DNA from: Halarcobacter sp.
GTDB taxonomy: Bacteria; Campylobacterota; Campylobacteria; Campylobacterales; Arcobacteraceae
DNA length: 64,000 bases
Assembly (NCBI GenBank): GCA_963676565.1
Contig: OY781089.1
Location: 1,280,001-1,344,000, forward strand
Direction: 5' to 3'
In this document: in pieces, positions 1 to 11,487 of the stretch
How positions within the stretch are numbered: the stretch's first letter is position 1
Layout: the number at the start of each line of letters is the position of its first letter
The notes under the pieces: generated by a model
Seen by the model: the letters and a program-made list of their open reading frames with translations, nothing else
Told to the model about the DNA's origin: nothing
Databases searched by the model: none
Translations under genes and position numbers: made by a program

Positions 1-100
1 TGTTAAAGATTTATTAAAAATCTATTTTTAGATACCTTTAAAAAATATTTGATAAAATCGCAACATAATTTACAAAAGCAAACTATAATAAAGGACTTTT

Positions 101-463
101 ATGGAAATGCCAGCAATTCCACAACCAACGTTTTACATTTTTAAATGTGAACAAAGTGCTCCTCCGGGTATGCCAAAACCTTCATGTGTAACTGATGAAT
201 CAAGGGATTTATTTAACCATTTAGCACAATCAATGATGCAAAAAGGTTTAATGGGACCAGTTCAACCAATCAGAACATCATGTTTAGGAAGATGCCAAAT
301 GGGACCTGTAATGTTAGTTGAGCCTGGACATCATATGTATTGTAAATTATCTAAGGAAAAAATAGATAAAATTGTGGAAGAACACATAATTGGGGGCAAC
401 CCTGTACAGGAATATTTAATACCTGAACAATTCTGGGGAGAGCCTATTAATTTAGCGCAATAG
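101..463 (+). CDS. Thioredoxin-like [2Fe-2S] ferredoxin
   Basis: Cys pattern C-x12-C...CLGRC then GPVMLVEP; RBS AAGGA upstream. Confidence 0.85.
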   Translation: MEMPAIPQPTFYIFKCEQSAPPGMPKPSCVTDESRDLFNHLAQSMMQKGLMGPVQPIRTSCLGRCQMGPVMLVEPGHHMYCKLSKEKIDKIVEEHIIGGNPVQEYLIPEQFWGEPINLAQ

Positions 464-475
464 AGGACGTTATTG

Positions 476-859
476 ATGACATTTGATATGCTTTATAGCA
501 AAATTCATAGAGCAACTGTTACAGATGCAAATTTAAACTATGTTGGTTCAATTACTATTGATGAAGATTTAATGAAAGCTTCAAAATTAAGAGTTGGACA
601 AAAAGTTGAAATTGTAAATGTAAACAATGGGGAAAGATTTGCTACTTACGTTATAAAAGGGAAAGCTGGTAGCAAAGATATGTGCCTAAATGGTGCTGCT
701 GCAAGAAAAGTAGAAATTGGTGATAAGATTATTGTTATTTCATATGCTTCATATTCTGAAGAGGAGTTGGAAAACTATTTACCAACAGTTGTAATTGTTG
801 ATGAAAAGAATAATATAGAAACAATTACAAATGAATTAGTAGGAAGTGATCATGTTTGA
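476..859 (+). CDS. panD: Aspartate 1-decarboxylase
   Basis: SKIHRATVT...YVGSITID (G-S autocleavage site), [18 protein letters not shown] at 476 preferred over TTG at 473. Confidence 0.97.
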   Translation: MTFDMLYSKIHRATVTDANLNYVGSITIDEDLMKASKLRVGQKVEIVNVNNGERFATYVIKGKAGSKDMCLNGAAARKVEIGDKIIVISYASYSEEELENYLPTVVIVDEKNNIETITNELVGSDHV

Positions 860-1172
860 TGGAATAGACTTAAGTAAGATAGACCTAAATCAAGTTATGG
901 GACAAGTTCAAGAAATGGCTGAAAAGGCAAAAGAGGAAAATGCCCAAAAACTTTTCACTGCAAAAGCTGGTGGAGGAATGGTTGAAATATCTATAAATGG
1001 AAATTCTGAAGTTGTTGATTTACAAATTGATGACTCACTTTTAGATGATAAAGACTCTTTACAAATATTACTTATTTCTTGCATGAATGATGTAATTAAG
1101 CAGTCTGATGAGAACAAGAAAATGATGGCCATGAATATGATGGGTGGTTTTGGTTCTTTTGGACAAAAATAA
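852..1172 (+). CDS. YbaB/EbfC family nucleoid-associated protein
   Basis: [12 protein letters not shown] motif, ~106 aa; ATG at 852 after AGGAAG. Confidence 0.9.
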   Translation: MFDGIDLSKIDLNQVMGQVQEMAEKAKEENAQKLFTAKAGGGMVEISINGNSEVVDLQIDDSLLDDKDSLQILLISCMNDVIKQSDENKKMMAMNMMGGFGSFGQK

Positions 1173-1175
1173 AAA

Positions 1176-2042
1176 ATGGAAAAACTTTTAAAAAGATTTG
1201 AAGATTATCTTCTTGATAATCTTCCTGTTTCAAAAACTTTTCACCCTTATTTTGAAGATGCTTTAGCTGATATGCTAAAAGCTGGTGGTAAAAGATTTAG
1301 ACCAATGCTTTTACTTTCTGTTTTAAAATCTAAGAAATCTTTACTTATTCCTAATGCTATGCCTGTAGCACTTGGAATAGAGATGTTACATACTTATTCT
1401 TTAGTTCATGATGATTTACCTGCAATGGATGATGCAGACCTTAGACGAGGGTTTCAAACTTTACATAAAAAATATGATGAAGTTACGGCTATTTTAGTTG
1501 GTGATGCACTTAATTCAGAAGCTTTTAATTTAGTGGCTTCTGCACCTTTACATAATGATATAAAAATTGAATTAGTTAAATGTTTATCAACTAATGGTGG
1601 AATTGATGGAATGATTATTGGTCAAGCAATTGACTGCTATTTTGAAAATCAAAAATTGGAATTAAAGCAATTGGAGTTTTTACATATTCATAAAACTGCA
1701 AAACTGATTGCTGCAAGTCTAAAAATGGGTGCAATTATTGCTGAATATGATTTAGCAACACAAGAAAAACTTTTTAATTTTGGAATAGATATAGGATTAT
1801 TATTTCAAATACAAGACGATATTATTGACGAAACACAGTCTTCAGAAGAAGCTGGAAAAACAACTCAAAATGATGAATCTAAAAATTCATTTGTAAATCT
1901 GCTTGGTCTTGATGGAGCAATTAAAGCAGCTGATGATTTAGCAAATAAGTGTGAAGAGCAGTTAAATAGTTTAGATGAAAATTTAAAAAATTCATTATCT
2001 GAATTACTTTTAATATATATTTCAAGACATAAAAAGCAATAA
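1176..2042 (+). CDS. ispA: Geranyltranstransferase / polyprenyl synthetase
   Basis: GGKRFRP, HDDLPAMDDADLRRG, FQIQDDIID motifs. Confidence 0.92.
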   Translation: MEKLLKRFEDYLLDNLPVSKTFHPYFEDALADMLKAGGKRFRPMLLLSVLKSKKSLLIPNAMPVALGIEMLHTYSLVHDDLPAMDDADLRRGFQTLHKKYDEVTAILVGDALNSEAFNLVASAPLHNDIKIELVKCLSTNGGIDGMIIGQAIDCYFENQKLELKQLEFLHIHKTAKLIAASLKMGAIIAEYDLATQEKLFNFGIDIGLLFQIQDDIIDETQSSEEAGKTTQNDESKNSFVNLLGLDGAIKAADDLANKCEEQLNSLDENLKNSLSELLLIYISRHKKQ

Positions 2043-2051
2043 AAAGCAAAA

Positions 2052-2072
2052 CTTTAGTCAAATTAACTCACA
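2052..2072. promoter_or_regulatory. HAIR-like (HspR) operator upstream of groES
   Basis: CTTTAGT-N7-ACTCACA resembles CTTGAGT-N7-ACTCAAG, immediately upstream of the -35. Confidence 0.55.
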
Positions 2073-2076
2073 CTAC

Positions 2077-2105
2077 TTGACATTTAATCAAATTTTTTTT
2101 ATAAT
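2077..2105 (+). promoter_or_regulatory. sigma70 promoter of groESL
   Basis: TTGACA (2077-2082), 17 nt spacer, TATAAT (2100-2105). Confidence 0.9.
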
Positions 2106-2132
2106 TTGGCACTCTAAAAAAATGAGTGCTAA
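2106..2132. promoter_or_regulatory. CIRCE element (HrcA operator)
   Basis: TTGGCACTC-N9-GAGTGCTAA, one mismatch to TTAGCACTC-N9-GAGTGCTAA, upstream of groES. Confidence 0.92.
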
Positions 2133-2174
2133 AATTTAATAAATATAATAACAAAAATTTATAGGAGAATAGAA

Positions 2175-4063
<1,889 letters not shown>

Positions 4064-4186
4064 GTTAGGGTAAAGAAAACGTGAATAGTTTCACGTTTTA
4101 CCTAACGCAGACTAATGTGATGTGCGTAAGCACCACCGTGTCCGAAAAAATCTGTTAAAAAAACGTGACATGTGTCACGTTTTTTA
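4064..4186. repeat. Multi-hairpin element after groEL (two related AAAACGTGA/TCACGTTTT palindromes plus a GTAA-loop hairpin); includes the probable terminator
   Basis: Inverted repeats at 4064-4106 and 4157-4186, with GTGC-GTAA-GCAC between them. Confidence 0.6.
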
Positions 4187-4314
4187 CTTTCTTAGTCATA
4201 TAATAAACTACTTTTTTTCTAAAATATAATAAATCAATTAAGTGCAATTTCAAACCTAAATTACAAAATGTAATATTTTCTTTAATTTTTAATTTATTCA
4301 GTTAATATACGCCT

Positions 4315-6132
4315 ATGAATTTAACAAAACAACAAAATGAAATAATAGAAGCAATTCCAAAATATAAAAATATAAAAATTAATGCCTTTGCAGGAACTGG
4401 TAAAACAACAACTTTAAAACTTATTGCAAATAAATATAAAGAAAAAAAGATTTTATATTTGGCATTTAATTCAAGTATTAAAAATGAAGCTAGTAAAATC
4501 TTTCCATCAAATAGTTATGTTAAAACTACCCATGGCTTAGCATATTCTGCAGTGAGTAAATATACAGATATAGACTTATCCACATTAGTAAATTATAGAG
4601 CAATTGATATTTCAAAAGAGTTTAAAATAAACTACAATCAAGCAATTAGTGCCTTAAAGATATTTGAGAACTTTTGTAATAACAAACATGATACCATTGA
4701 AAAAGATGATATTGAACATAAAACTGCAAAAAAGATGTTTGATAATATGTTGCTTGGTATTATGAAGCCAAGTCATAGTTTTTATTTAAAATATTATTAC
4801 TTATTGCTGAAAAATGAGCAGATTCCTCAATTTCAATATGATATTTTAATGTTAGATGAAGCCCAAGATACAAATGAAGTAACATTAGGAATTTTTGAAA
4901 ACCTTTATGCAAAAACAAAAATTTTTGTTGGTGATAAACATCAACAAATTTACTCATTTAGAGGTAGTAAAAATGCCCTTGAAAAAATAGATTGTGATGT
5001 AGAGTTTTATTTATCAACAAGTTTTAGGTTTAATGAATCAATTTGTGAATATGCAAATACTCTTTTAGATAATTTCAAAGGTGAAGAGGTAAAAATAGAT
5101 TCAATTGGTGATAATACAGATATTAATATAAAATCAAGTGGATATATTTCAAGAACAAATGCTTCTTTAATTTCAATAATTGCAAAAAGAATTGAAACAA
5201 GAAAACCCTTTGTAACAGTAAGAAACCCAGAGGAAATTTTTAACCTTACAATTGAAGTTTATTATTTTTTGAATAACGATTCTAATTCAATAAAAAGGAA
5301 TAGATTTTTAAAAGATTTTTCAAGTGAAGATGATTTGAGTGATTATGCTAAAGAGGCTGAAGATTTTGAATTAAAAGCTGCTATAAAGGTTGCAAAGGAA
5401 TATAAAGAAAATATTTTTCATTTTAAAGATATTGCAACAAAGTTTTATAAAGCCTGGCAAAACAAAGAGTTAAATGGTTTTGAAAAAAGAGTAGAGGAGA
5501 TTTTATTTTTAACTACAGCTCATACAAGTAAAGGTCTAGAATGGGATAAAGTGTTTATTGCAGATGATTTTAATGATTTTGCTGATTTAATTTTAGATAT
5601 GGGATTTACTTCATTAGAAGAGTTTAAAAAAGAGCAAAAGAAAAATTCAAAGTTGGAACTTCTTGACGAATTTAATCTCTTTTATGTAGCAATTACAAGG
5701 GCAAGAAAAGTTTTAGTAAAAGATAGTGAAAACTTCCATTATCTTATGTCAAAAAATATAGAAAAATTAATTAATAGTAGAATTAGTGAATTAAATGAAA
5801 ACATTGAATCTAATTTAAAAGATAAAAAAACAAATTTCAGGAAAATGGATCAAGAAGAAAAAAATGAACTTAGAAAAGAGAAAAATTTAAAAGAGGGTAA
5901 AGCAAAAAAAAGTGGCTTTAAATGGACTCTAGAAGAGAAAATAAAAGTGAAAAGTTTATATAAAAAAGATGAAACTATAAACAATATTGCAAATAAACTT
6001 GATAGAAGTACAAGTTCTATCTTAGGTGAATTATTAAAAAGTGAAGTTATTACCAAAGATGAACAAATAAACTTATCAAAAATTATAAAAAATGGGAAAA
6101 TCGCAAAAAGAAGTGCTTTAGTATTTCTTTAA
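4315..6132 (+). CDS. UvrD-like SF1 helicase with C-terminal Myb/HTH-like domain
   Basis: AFAGTGKTT, LDEAQD, VGDKHQQIYSFRG, TAHTSKGLEWD, YVAITRA. Confidence 0.9.
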   Translation: MNLTKQQNEIIEAIPKYKNIKINAFAGTGKTTTLKLIANKYKEKKILYLAFNSSIKNEASKIFPSNSYVKTTHGLAYSAVSKYTDIDLSTLVNYRAIDISKEFKINYNQAISALKIFENFCNNKHDTIEKDDIEHKTAKKMFDNMLLGIMKPSHSFYLKYYYLLLKNEQIPQFQYDILMLDEAQDTNEVTLGIFENLYAKTKIFVGDKHQQIYSFRGSKNALEKIDCDVEFYLSTSFRFNESICEYANTLLDNFKGEEVKIDSIGDNTDINIKSSGYISRTNASLISIIAKRIETRKPFVTVRNPEEIFNLTIEVYYFLNNDSNSIKRNRFLKDFSSEDDLSDYAKEAEDFELKAAIKVAKEYKENIFHFKDIATKFYKAWQNKELNGFEKRVEEILFLTTAHTSKGLEWDKVFIADDFNDFADLILDMGFTSLEEFKKEQKKNSKLELLDEFNLFYVAITRARKVLVKDSENFHYLMSKNIEKLINSRISELNENIESNLKDKKTNFRKMDQEEKNELRKEKNLKEGKAKKSGFKWTLEEKIKVKSLYKKDETINNIANKLDRSTSSILGELLKSEVITKDEQINLSKIIKNGKIAKRSALVFL

Positions 6133-6138
6133 GGCATT

Positions 6139-6178
6139 AAAAAAGGGAAGTTGATTTCAAACCATCTTCCCTTTTTTT
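6139..6178. terminator. Bidirectional intrinsic terminator
   Basis: AAAAAAGGGAAG...CTTCCCTTTTTTT. Confidence 0.85.
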
Positions 6179-6237
6179 ATATAAATTGTAAATAAACTTT
6201 CATTTACAAATTTACTTTGTAGTAAATTATTGTTTAT

Positions 6238-6276
6238 CTAAATGTTAACAATAAAAAGTAGTGAATCGTTTGTCAT
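6238..6276 (-). CDS. Candidate 12-aa peptide MTNDSLLFIVNI within a small stand-alone transcript
   Basis: GGAGGT RBS (6281-6286), TATAAT (6306-6311, minus strand), terminator at 6139-6178. Confidence 0.45.
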   Translation of the reverse strand: MTNDSLLFIVNI

Positions 6277-6396
6277 TGACACCTCCACTAAATGTTCTTA
6301 AAAGTATTATACTCCTTTTTAAAATTAAATTTCAATTAAATTTATCTATTTTCTAAACAAATTTCAATATAATTTCAAAAAAATTAGGTTTTAGCA

Positions 6397-7173
6397 ATGA
6401 TAGATAGATTAAAAGATATAGTTAAAGAGGCTGGTGAGATACTAAAAGAAGGGTACTTTTCAACAAAAGAGATAAGTTTTAAAGCAAAAAAAGATTTAGT
6501 AACAAAATATGATGTAGGTATTGAAAATTTTTTAAAAGAAAAGTTCTCAAATGAGTTTAAAGAGTTCAATTTAATAGCAGAAGAATCAGATAATAGTGAT
6601 ATAAAGTTTAATAATTCAATAATTATAGACCCAATTGATGGTACAACTAATTTTGTAAATGGTGTGCCACACACTGCAATATCTGTTGGAGTATATAAAG
6701 ATAAAAAACCTTTTTATGGAATTGTTTATAATCCTATTTTAAATGAATTATATGAAGCCCAAGTTGAAAAAGGTGCTTTTTTAAATGGAAAGAAAATTGA
6801 AGTTTCAAAGGAAAATGATTTTCAAAAGGCTTTAATTGCAACGGGCTTTCCATATACAAGTGGAACAAATCAAGATGATTTAGATTCTGTTTTAACAATG
6901 ATGAAAAATGTTTTACCAAATTGCCAAGATATAAGAAGGTTAGGTTCAGCTTCACTTGATTTGTGTTATGTGGCAAAGGGTGTATTTGATTCTTATTATG
7001 AGATGAATTTAAAGCCTTGGGATGTAAGTGCAGGAATTATAATTTTAAGTGAAGCAGGTGGAGAGTTTACAAATGAAAAAGGTGAGCCTTATTCACTTTT
7101 TGATGATAAATATATCGTTGCTACAAATGGCTTTTTGCAAGATAAGCTAATAAGTATTTTAGAAGCAAAGTAA
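6397..7173 (+). CDS. suhB: Inositol monophosphatase family protein
   Basis: IDPIDGTTNF, RRLGSASLDL, WDVSAG. Confidence 0.88.
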   Translation: MIDRLKDIVKEAGEILKEGYFSTKEISFKAKKDLVTKYDVGIENFLKEKFSNEFKEFNLIAEESDNSDIKFNNSIIIDPIDGTTNFVNGVPHTAISVGVYKDKKPFYGIVYNPILNELYEAQVEKGAFLNGKKIEVSKENDFQKALIATGFPYTSGTNQDDLDSVLTMMKNVLPNCQDIRRLGSASLDLCYVAKGVFDSYYEMNLKPWDVSAGIIILSEAGGEFTNEKGEPYSLFDDKYIVATNGFLQDKLISILEAK

Positions 7174-7233
7174 ACTCATAAGATATTTTTAGTTAAAATA
7201 TCCAATCAAAAAAAGAACTGTAAGGGTTGATTA

Positions 7234-9039
7234 ATGTGTGGAATAGTTGGTTATATAGGTAAAAACGATACTACGAAGTTTTTACTAGATGGGTTAAAGG
7301 AGTTAGAATATAGAGGTTATGACTCTGCTGGTATTGCTCTTTTAAATTGTGATAAAATTGATGTTTTTAAAGCACTTGGAAAATTAGATAATTTAAAAAA
7401 TAAAATAGATAGTGCTAAACTTTCACCTTCATATGATATTGGTATTGGTCACACTAGATGGGCAACACACGGAAAACCAACAGAATTAAATGCCCACCCA
7501 CACCTTGGTGAATACTCTTATGTTGTTCACAATGGTATTATTGAAAACTACAAAGAGTTAAAAGATGAATTAATTAATAAAGGGCATAATTTTGTGTCTC
7601 AAACAGATACAGAAGTTATAGTTCATCTTTTTGAAAACTATAATAATGAATTTGAAAATTGTGAAGAAGCTTTTAAAACTACAATCTCAAGATTAGAAGG
7701 GGCTTTCTCTATCCTTTTAATCTCAAAAGCAGACCCTGAAAAAATATTTTTCTTTAAACATGGAAGCCCCTTAATTATTGCAAAGGGTTATGAAGATGGT
7801 GAGGTTTTATTTGCCTCTTCAGATGCTCCATTAATTGGTCTAGCAAATGATGTTGTTTATTTAGAAGATGGAGTTGGTGGAATTGCAACTTCAAGTGGGA
7901 TTACTTTTTTAAATGACAATTATTCATGGTCAACTTTACCAACATCAAAACAGTTTGCTCAAAAAGATGGCTTTAGATTTTTTATGGAAAAAGAGATTTA
8001 CGAGCAAAGTGATGTTGTAAGTGATTGTATGTTAGGGCGTTTAAAGGATGAAGAGATTTTATTTGATGAGATTGATAAATCTTTAATTGATGGAATCAAA
8101 GAAATTAAAATTTGTGCTTGTGGGACATCATACCACGCAGGACTTACCTCTTCATATCTTTTTGAAAGATTATCAAAAGTTAAGTGTAATGTAGAGATTG
8201 CAAGTGAATTTAGATATAAAGATCCACTTTTAACTAAAGACACTTTATTTATAGTTATCTCTCAAAGTGGTGAAACAGCTGACACTTTAGAAGCTTTAAA
8301 GATGGCTAAAAATGCAGGATTGAAATCACTTGTTATTTGTAATGTTGATAATTCTTCTATGACAAGAACAGCAAATAATACGATTTTAACAAGAGCAGGA
8401 ATTGAAAAAGGTGTTGCTTCAACAAAAGCATTTTCAACTCAAACCGTAGTATTATGGATGTTGGCTTTATATTTTGCAAAAGCAAAAAATGTTATTTCAA
8501 AAGAGAAATTACAAAGTGAGATACATGCACTAAGAGAGGTTCCAAAATCTTTAAAGGTTTTAGATAAGGTACATGAAAAAACAAGAAGACTTTCAAAAAG
8601 ATATCTTCATGGCCATGGATTTTTCTTTATTGGACGAGATGTATTTTTCCCACTTGCTTTAGAAGGTGCATTAAAACTAAAAGAGATTTCATATTTACAT
8701 GCAGAAGGTTATCCTGCTGGTGAAATGAAACATGGTCCAATTGCCCTTGCTGACCCAGAGTTATTTACAATTGCATTGATGCCTGAAAATTTACTATATG
8801 ATAAAATTAAATCAAATGTGGAAGAGCTAAGTGCTAGAGACAGTACTATTTGTGCTATCTCTCCGCTTGATTTTGATCTTGCAGATGATTTTGTAAAAAC
8901 ATGTAAAACAGACCACTATATGCTTGAATTTTTTGAGATGTTAGTGGTTCTACAACTTCTTTCTATGGAGATATCAATTAGACTTGGAAATGATGTTGAT
9001 ATGCCTAGAAACTTAGCTAAAAGTGTTACTGTTGAATAG
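7234..9039 (+). CDS. glmS: Glutamine--fructose-6-phosphate aminotransferase
   Basis: MCGIVG, GHTRWATHG, SQSGETADT, PRNLAKSVTVE. Confidence 0.99.
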   Translation: MCGIVGYIGKNDTTKFLLDGLKELEYRGYDSAGIALLNCDKIDVFKALGKLDNLKNKIDSAKLSPSYDIGIGHTRWATHGKPTELNAHPHLGEYSYVVHNGIIENYKELKDELINKGHNFVSQTDTEVIVHLFENYNNEFENCEEAFKTTISRLEGAFSILLISKADPEKIFFFKHGSPLIIAKGYEDGEVLFASSDAPLIGLANDVVYLEDGVGGIATSSGITFLNDNYSWSTLPTSKQFAQKDGFRFFMEKEIYEQSDVVSDCMLGRLKDEEILFDEIDKSLIDGIKEIKICACGTSYHAGLTSSYLFERLSKVKCNVEIASEFRYKDPLLTKDTLFIVISQSGETADTLEALKMAKNAGLKSLVICNVDNSSMTRTANNTILTRAGIEKGVASTKAFSTQTVVLWMLALYFAKAKNVISKEKLQSEIHALREVPKSLKVLDKVHEKTRRLSKRYLHGHGFFFIGRDVFFPLALEGALKLKEISYLHAEGYPAGEMKHGPIALADPELFTIALMPENLLYDKIKSNVEELSARDSTICAISPLDFDLADDFVKTCKTDHYMLEFFEMLVVLQLLSMEISIRLGNDVDMPRNLAKSVTVE

Positions 9040-9168
9040 TAACACTTAGTTTTTACTTTTCAAATTACTAAAAGAATAATTTAGATAAAATATGCGCTAC
9101 TTTTTTGCAATTTTGTAGAAGAGTATTCAAACTTTTATTTTTTATTAATTTTTTAACTTATTTTTAGT

Positions 9169-9259
9169 TGGAAAACGAAGATGGAAAACAAAGGAATGGA
9201 AAACAATAAGGTTAAAAGACCTTTGGAAAACAAAAGGATGGAAAACAAAAATGGAAAAC
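9169..9259 (+). repeat. Six TGGAAAAC repeats in the metK leader, the last overlapping the metK start codon
   Basis: Copies at 9169, 9182, 9197, 9224, 9239, 9252. Confidence 0.85.
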
Positions 9260-10459
9260 AAGACTCAATACTTATTTACTAGTGAAGTAGTAAGTCCAGG
9301 ACACCCTGATAAATGTGCAGATATTATTGCAGACTCAATTGTAGATAAACTAATTATTGAAGATAGCGAAAGTAGAGTAGCTTCTGAAGTGTTTGTAGCA
9401 GGTAAACATGTTGTAATTGGTGGTGAAGTAAAATCAAAAACTCAATTAACTCAAGAAGATTATGAAAAGATTGTAAAAGATGCACTTGCAAAAATTGGAT
9501 ATGATGGAAAATCAAGCTTTACAAAAGAGCAATGCTTACATCCAGATGATGTACAAGTTCAAGTATTATTAAATCAACAATCTCCTGATATATCTCAAGG
9601 GGTTGATCAAACTACAGGTGAAATTGGAGCAGGTGACCAAGGTATTATGTTTGGATTTGCTTCAAATGAAACTGCTGATTTAATGCCAGCAGCTATCACA
9701 TATGCTAGAATGCTTGCTGATAAAGTTTATAATTATGCTTTAAATCATAATCATAAACTTGGTGTTGATATTAAAACTCAAGTAACAGTTGATTATGGTA
9801 CAAAAGAGAATTTTGAAAACTGTAAACCTCAAAAAATTCATACAATTGTTGTAAGTGCTCCTTCTGTTGAAGGAATGCCAATTGAAGAGGTAAGAGAACT
9901 TATTCAAGGTTTAATTGATGATACAGGATTACCAACTGATATGTATAAAAAAGATGAAACAATTATTCATATTAACCCAACAGGAAGATATGTAAATCAT
10001 TCATCTTTACATGATAGTGGATTAACAGGAAGAAAACTAATTGTAGATTCATTTGGTGGTTATTCTCCTATTGGTGGAGGAGCACAATCTTCAAAGGATT
10101 ATACAAAAGTTGACAGAAGTGGATTATATGCTGCAAGATGGATTGCAAAAAATATTGTTGCCGCAGGACTTGCAAAAAAAGCGATTGTACAAATTTCATA
10201 TGCAATAGGTGTTGCAAAGCCTACTTCAGTTTCTATTGATACTATGGGTACATATACAAAGCTAGATGATGATAAACTATCAGAATTTATTATGAACGAG
10301 TACTCTTTAACTCCAAGATGGATTACTGAGAAGTTTGGTTTAGATAAACCTTCAGAGGAAACATTCCTTTATGCAGATGTTGCTTCTAGAGGACAAGTTG
10401 GTCAAAGTGATTACCCTTGGGAAAAACTTGACGAAGTTGAAAAACTAAAAAAACTATAA
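9251..10459 (+). CDS. metK: S-adenosylmethionine synthetase
   Basis: FTSEVVSPGHPDK, GAGDQG, GLTGRKLIVD. Confidence 0.98.
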   Translation: MENKTQYLFTSEVVSPGHPDKCADIIADSIVDKLIIEDSESRVASEVFVAGKHVVIGGEVKSKTQLTQEDYEKIVKDALAKIGYDGKSSFTKEQCLHPDDVQVQVLLNQQSPDISQGVDQTTGEIGAGDQGIMFGFASNETADLMPAAITYARMLADKVYNYALNHNHKLGVDIKTQVTVDYGTKENFENCKPQKIHTIVVSAPSVEGMPIEEVRELIQGLIDDTGLPTDMYKKDETIIHINPTGRYVNHSSLHDSGLTGRKLIVDSFGGYSPIGGGAQSSKDYTKVDRSGLYAARWIAKNIVAAGLAKKAIVQISYAIGVAKPTSVSIDTMGTYTKLDDDKLSEFIMNEYSLTPRWITEKFGLDKPSEETFLYADVASRGQVGQSDYPWEKLDEVEKLKKL

Positions 10460-10571
10460 TATAACAGGCTTTATTCTTAAAGCCCTTTAGTTTTTCTCAA
10501 AGAGAGTTTAGCAACAAGCTACTTTTAACAATTTTTTATAAATTGTGTTAAAAAGTAGAAGAATATAAAAT

Positions 10572-10601
10572 GGTCCCTTTTAATGGGGACAATTAAAAGG
10601 A
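10572..10601 (+). promoter_or_regulatory. Candidate RBS-sequestering leader motif (accD copy)
   Basis: GGTCCCTTTTAATGGGGACAATTAAAAGGA; near-identical copy at 49486-49517 (-). Confidence 0.55.
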
Positions 10602-10608
10602 AAAAAAT

Positions 10609-11481
10609 ATGGATTTAAAAAACCTGTTTAGTAAAATTTCATTTGACAAAAGTGAGAAAGAACAACCAACACAAAAAGATGCCCCTACACACTGGGTAAA
10701 ATGCCCAGAATGTGCTTCTTTAATGTTTTTTAAAGAGGTTGAAAATCAAAATAATATTTGTCCAAAATGTAATTTTCACATGAGAATTGGTGCTAAAAGA
10801 AGAATTGAAATTTTAGCAGATCTTGACTCATTTGTAGAATATGATGCTGAATTAAAACCCGTTGACCCTCTAAAATTTGTAGATAAAAAATCTTACAAAA
10901 AAAGAGTTGATGAAGCTGTGAAAAAAACAGGTAGAACATCAGCTGTTATAAGTGGTGAATGTACTATAAATGATGTTCCAGTTCAAATTGTTGTATTTGA
11001 TTTTGCTTTCATGGGTGGAAGTTTAGGTTCAGTTGAAGGTGAAAAAATCGTAAGAGCTGTTGATAGAGCTATGGAGAAACACCAAGGTTTAATTATTGTA
11101 TCTGCTTCAGGTGGAGCTAGAATGCAAGAATCAACTTTTGCATTAATGCAAATGGCTAAAACATCAGCAGCATTGAAAAAAATGGATAAAGCTAAGCTTC
11201 CTTTTATTTCGGTTTTAACAGACCCAACTATGGGTGGTGTTTCTGCATCATTTGCCTTTTTAGGTGATATTATTATGGCAGAACCAGGTGCACTTATTGG
11301 TTTTGCAGGTCAAAGAGTTATTAAACAAACAATTGGTGCAGATTTACCAGAAGGATTTCAAAGAGCTGAATTCCTACTTGAAAAAGGTTCAATTGATATG
11401 GTTGTTAATAGAAGTGATATGAAAAGAACATTATCAGATCTTTTAACAATGTTTAAAAAAGCACCTGTACACGCAAGCTAA
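10609..11481 (+). CDS. accD: Acetyl-CoA carboxylase carboxyltransferase beta subunit
   Basis: WVKCPEC zinc finger, [21 protein letters not shown]. Confidence 0.98.
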   Translation: MDLKNLFSKISFDKSEKEQPTQKDAPTHWVKCPECASLMFFKEVENQNNICPKCNFHMRIGAKRRIEILADLDSFVEYDAELKPVDPLKFVDKKSYKKRVDEAVKKTGRTSAVISGECTINDVPVQIVVFDFAFMGGSLGSVEGEKIVRAVDRAMEKHQGLIIVSASGGARMQESTFALMQMAKTSAALKKMDKAKLPFISVLTDPTMGGVSASFAFLGDIIMAEPGALIGFAGQRVIKQTIGADLPEGFQRAEFLLEKGSIDMVVNRSDMKRTLSDLLTMFKKAPVHAS

Positions 11482-11487
11482 TTTAAT

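Noticed and set aside
9169..9259. Mini CRISPR array
   Set aside because: Repeats are only 8-10 nt with irregular 5-19 nt spacing, and there are no cas genes.
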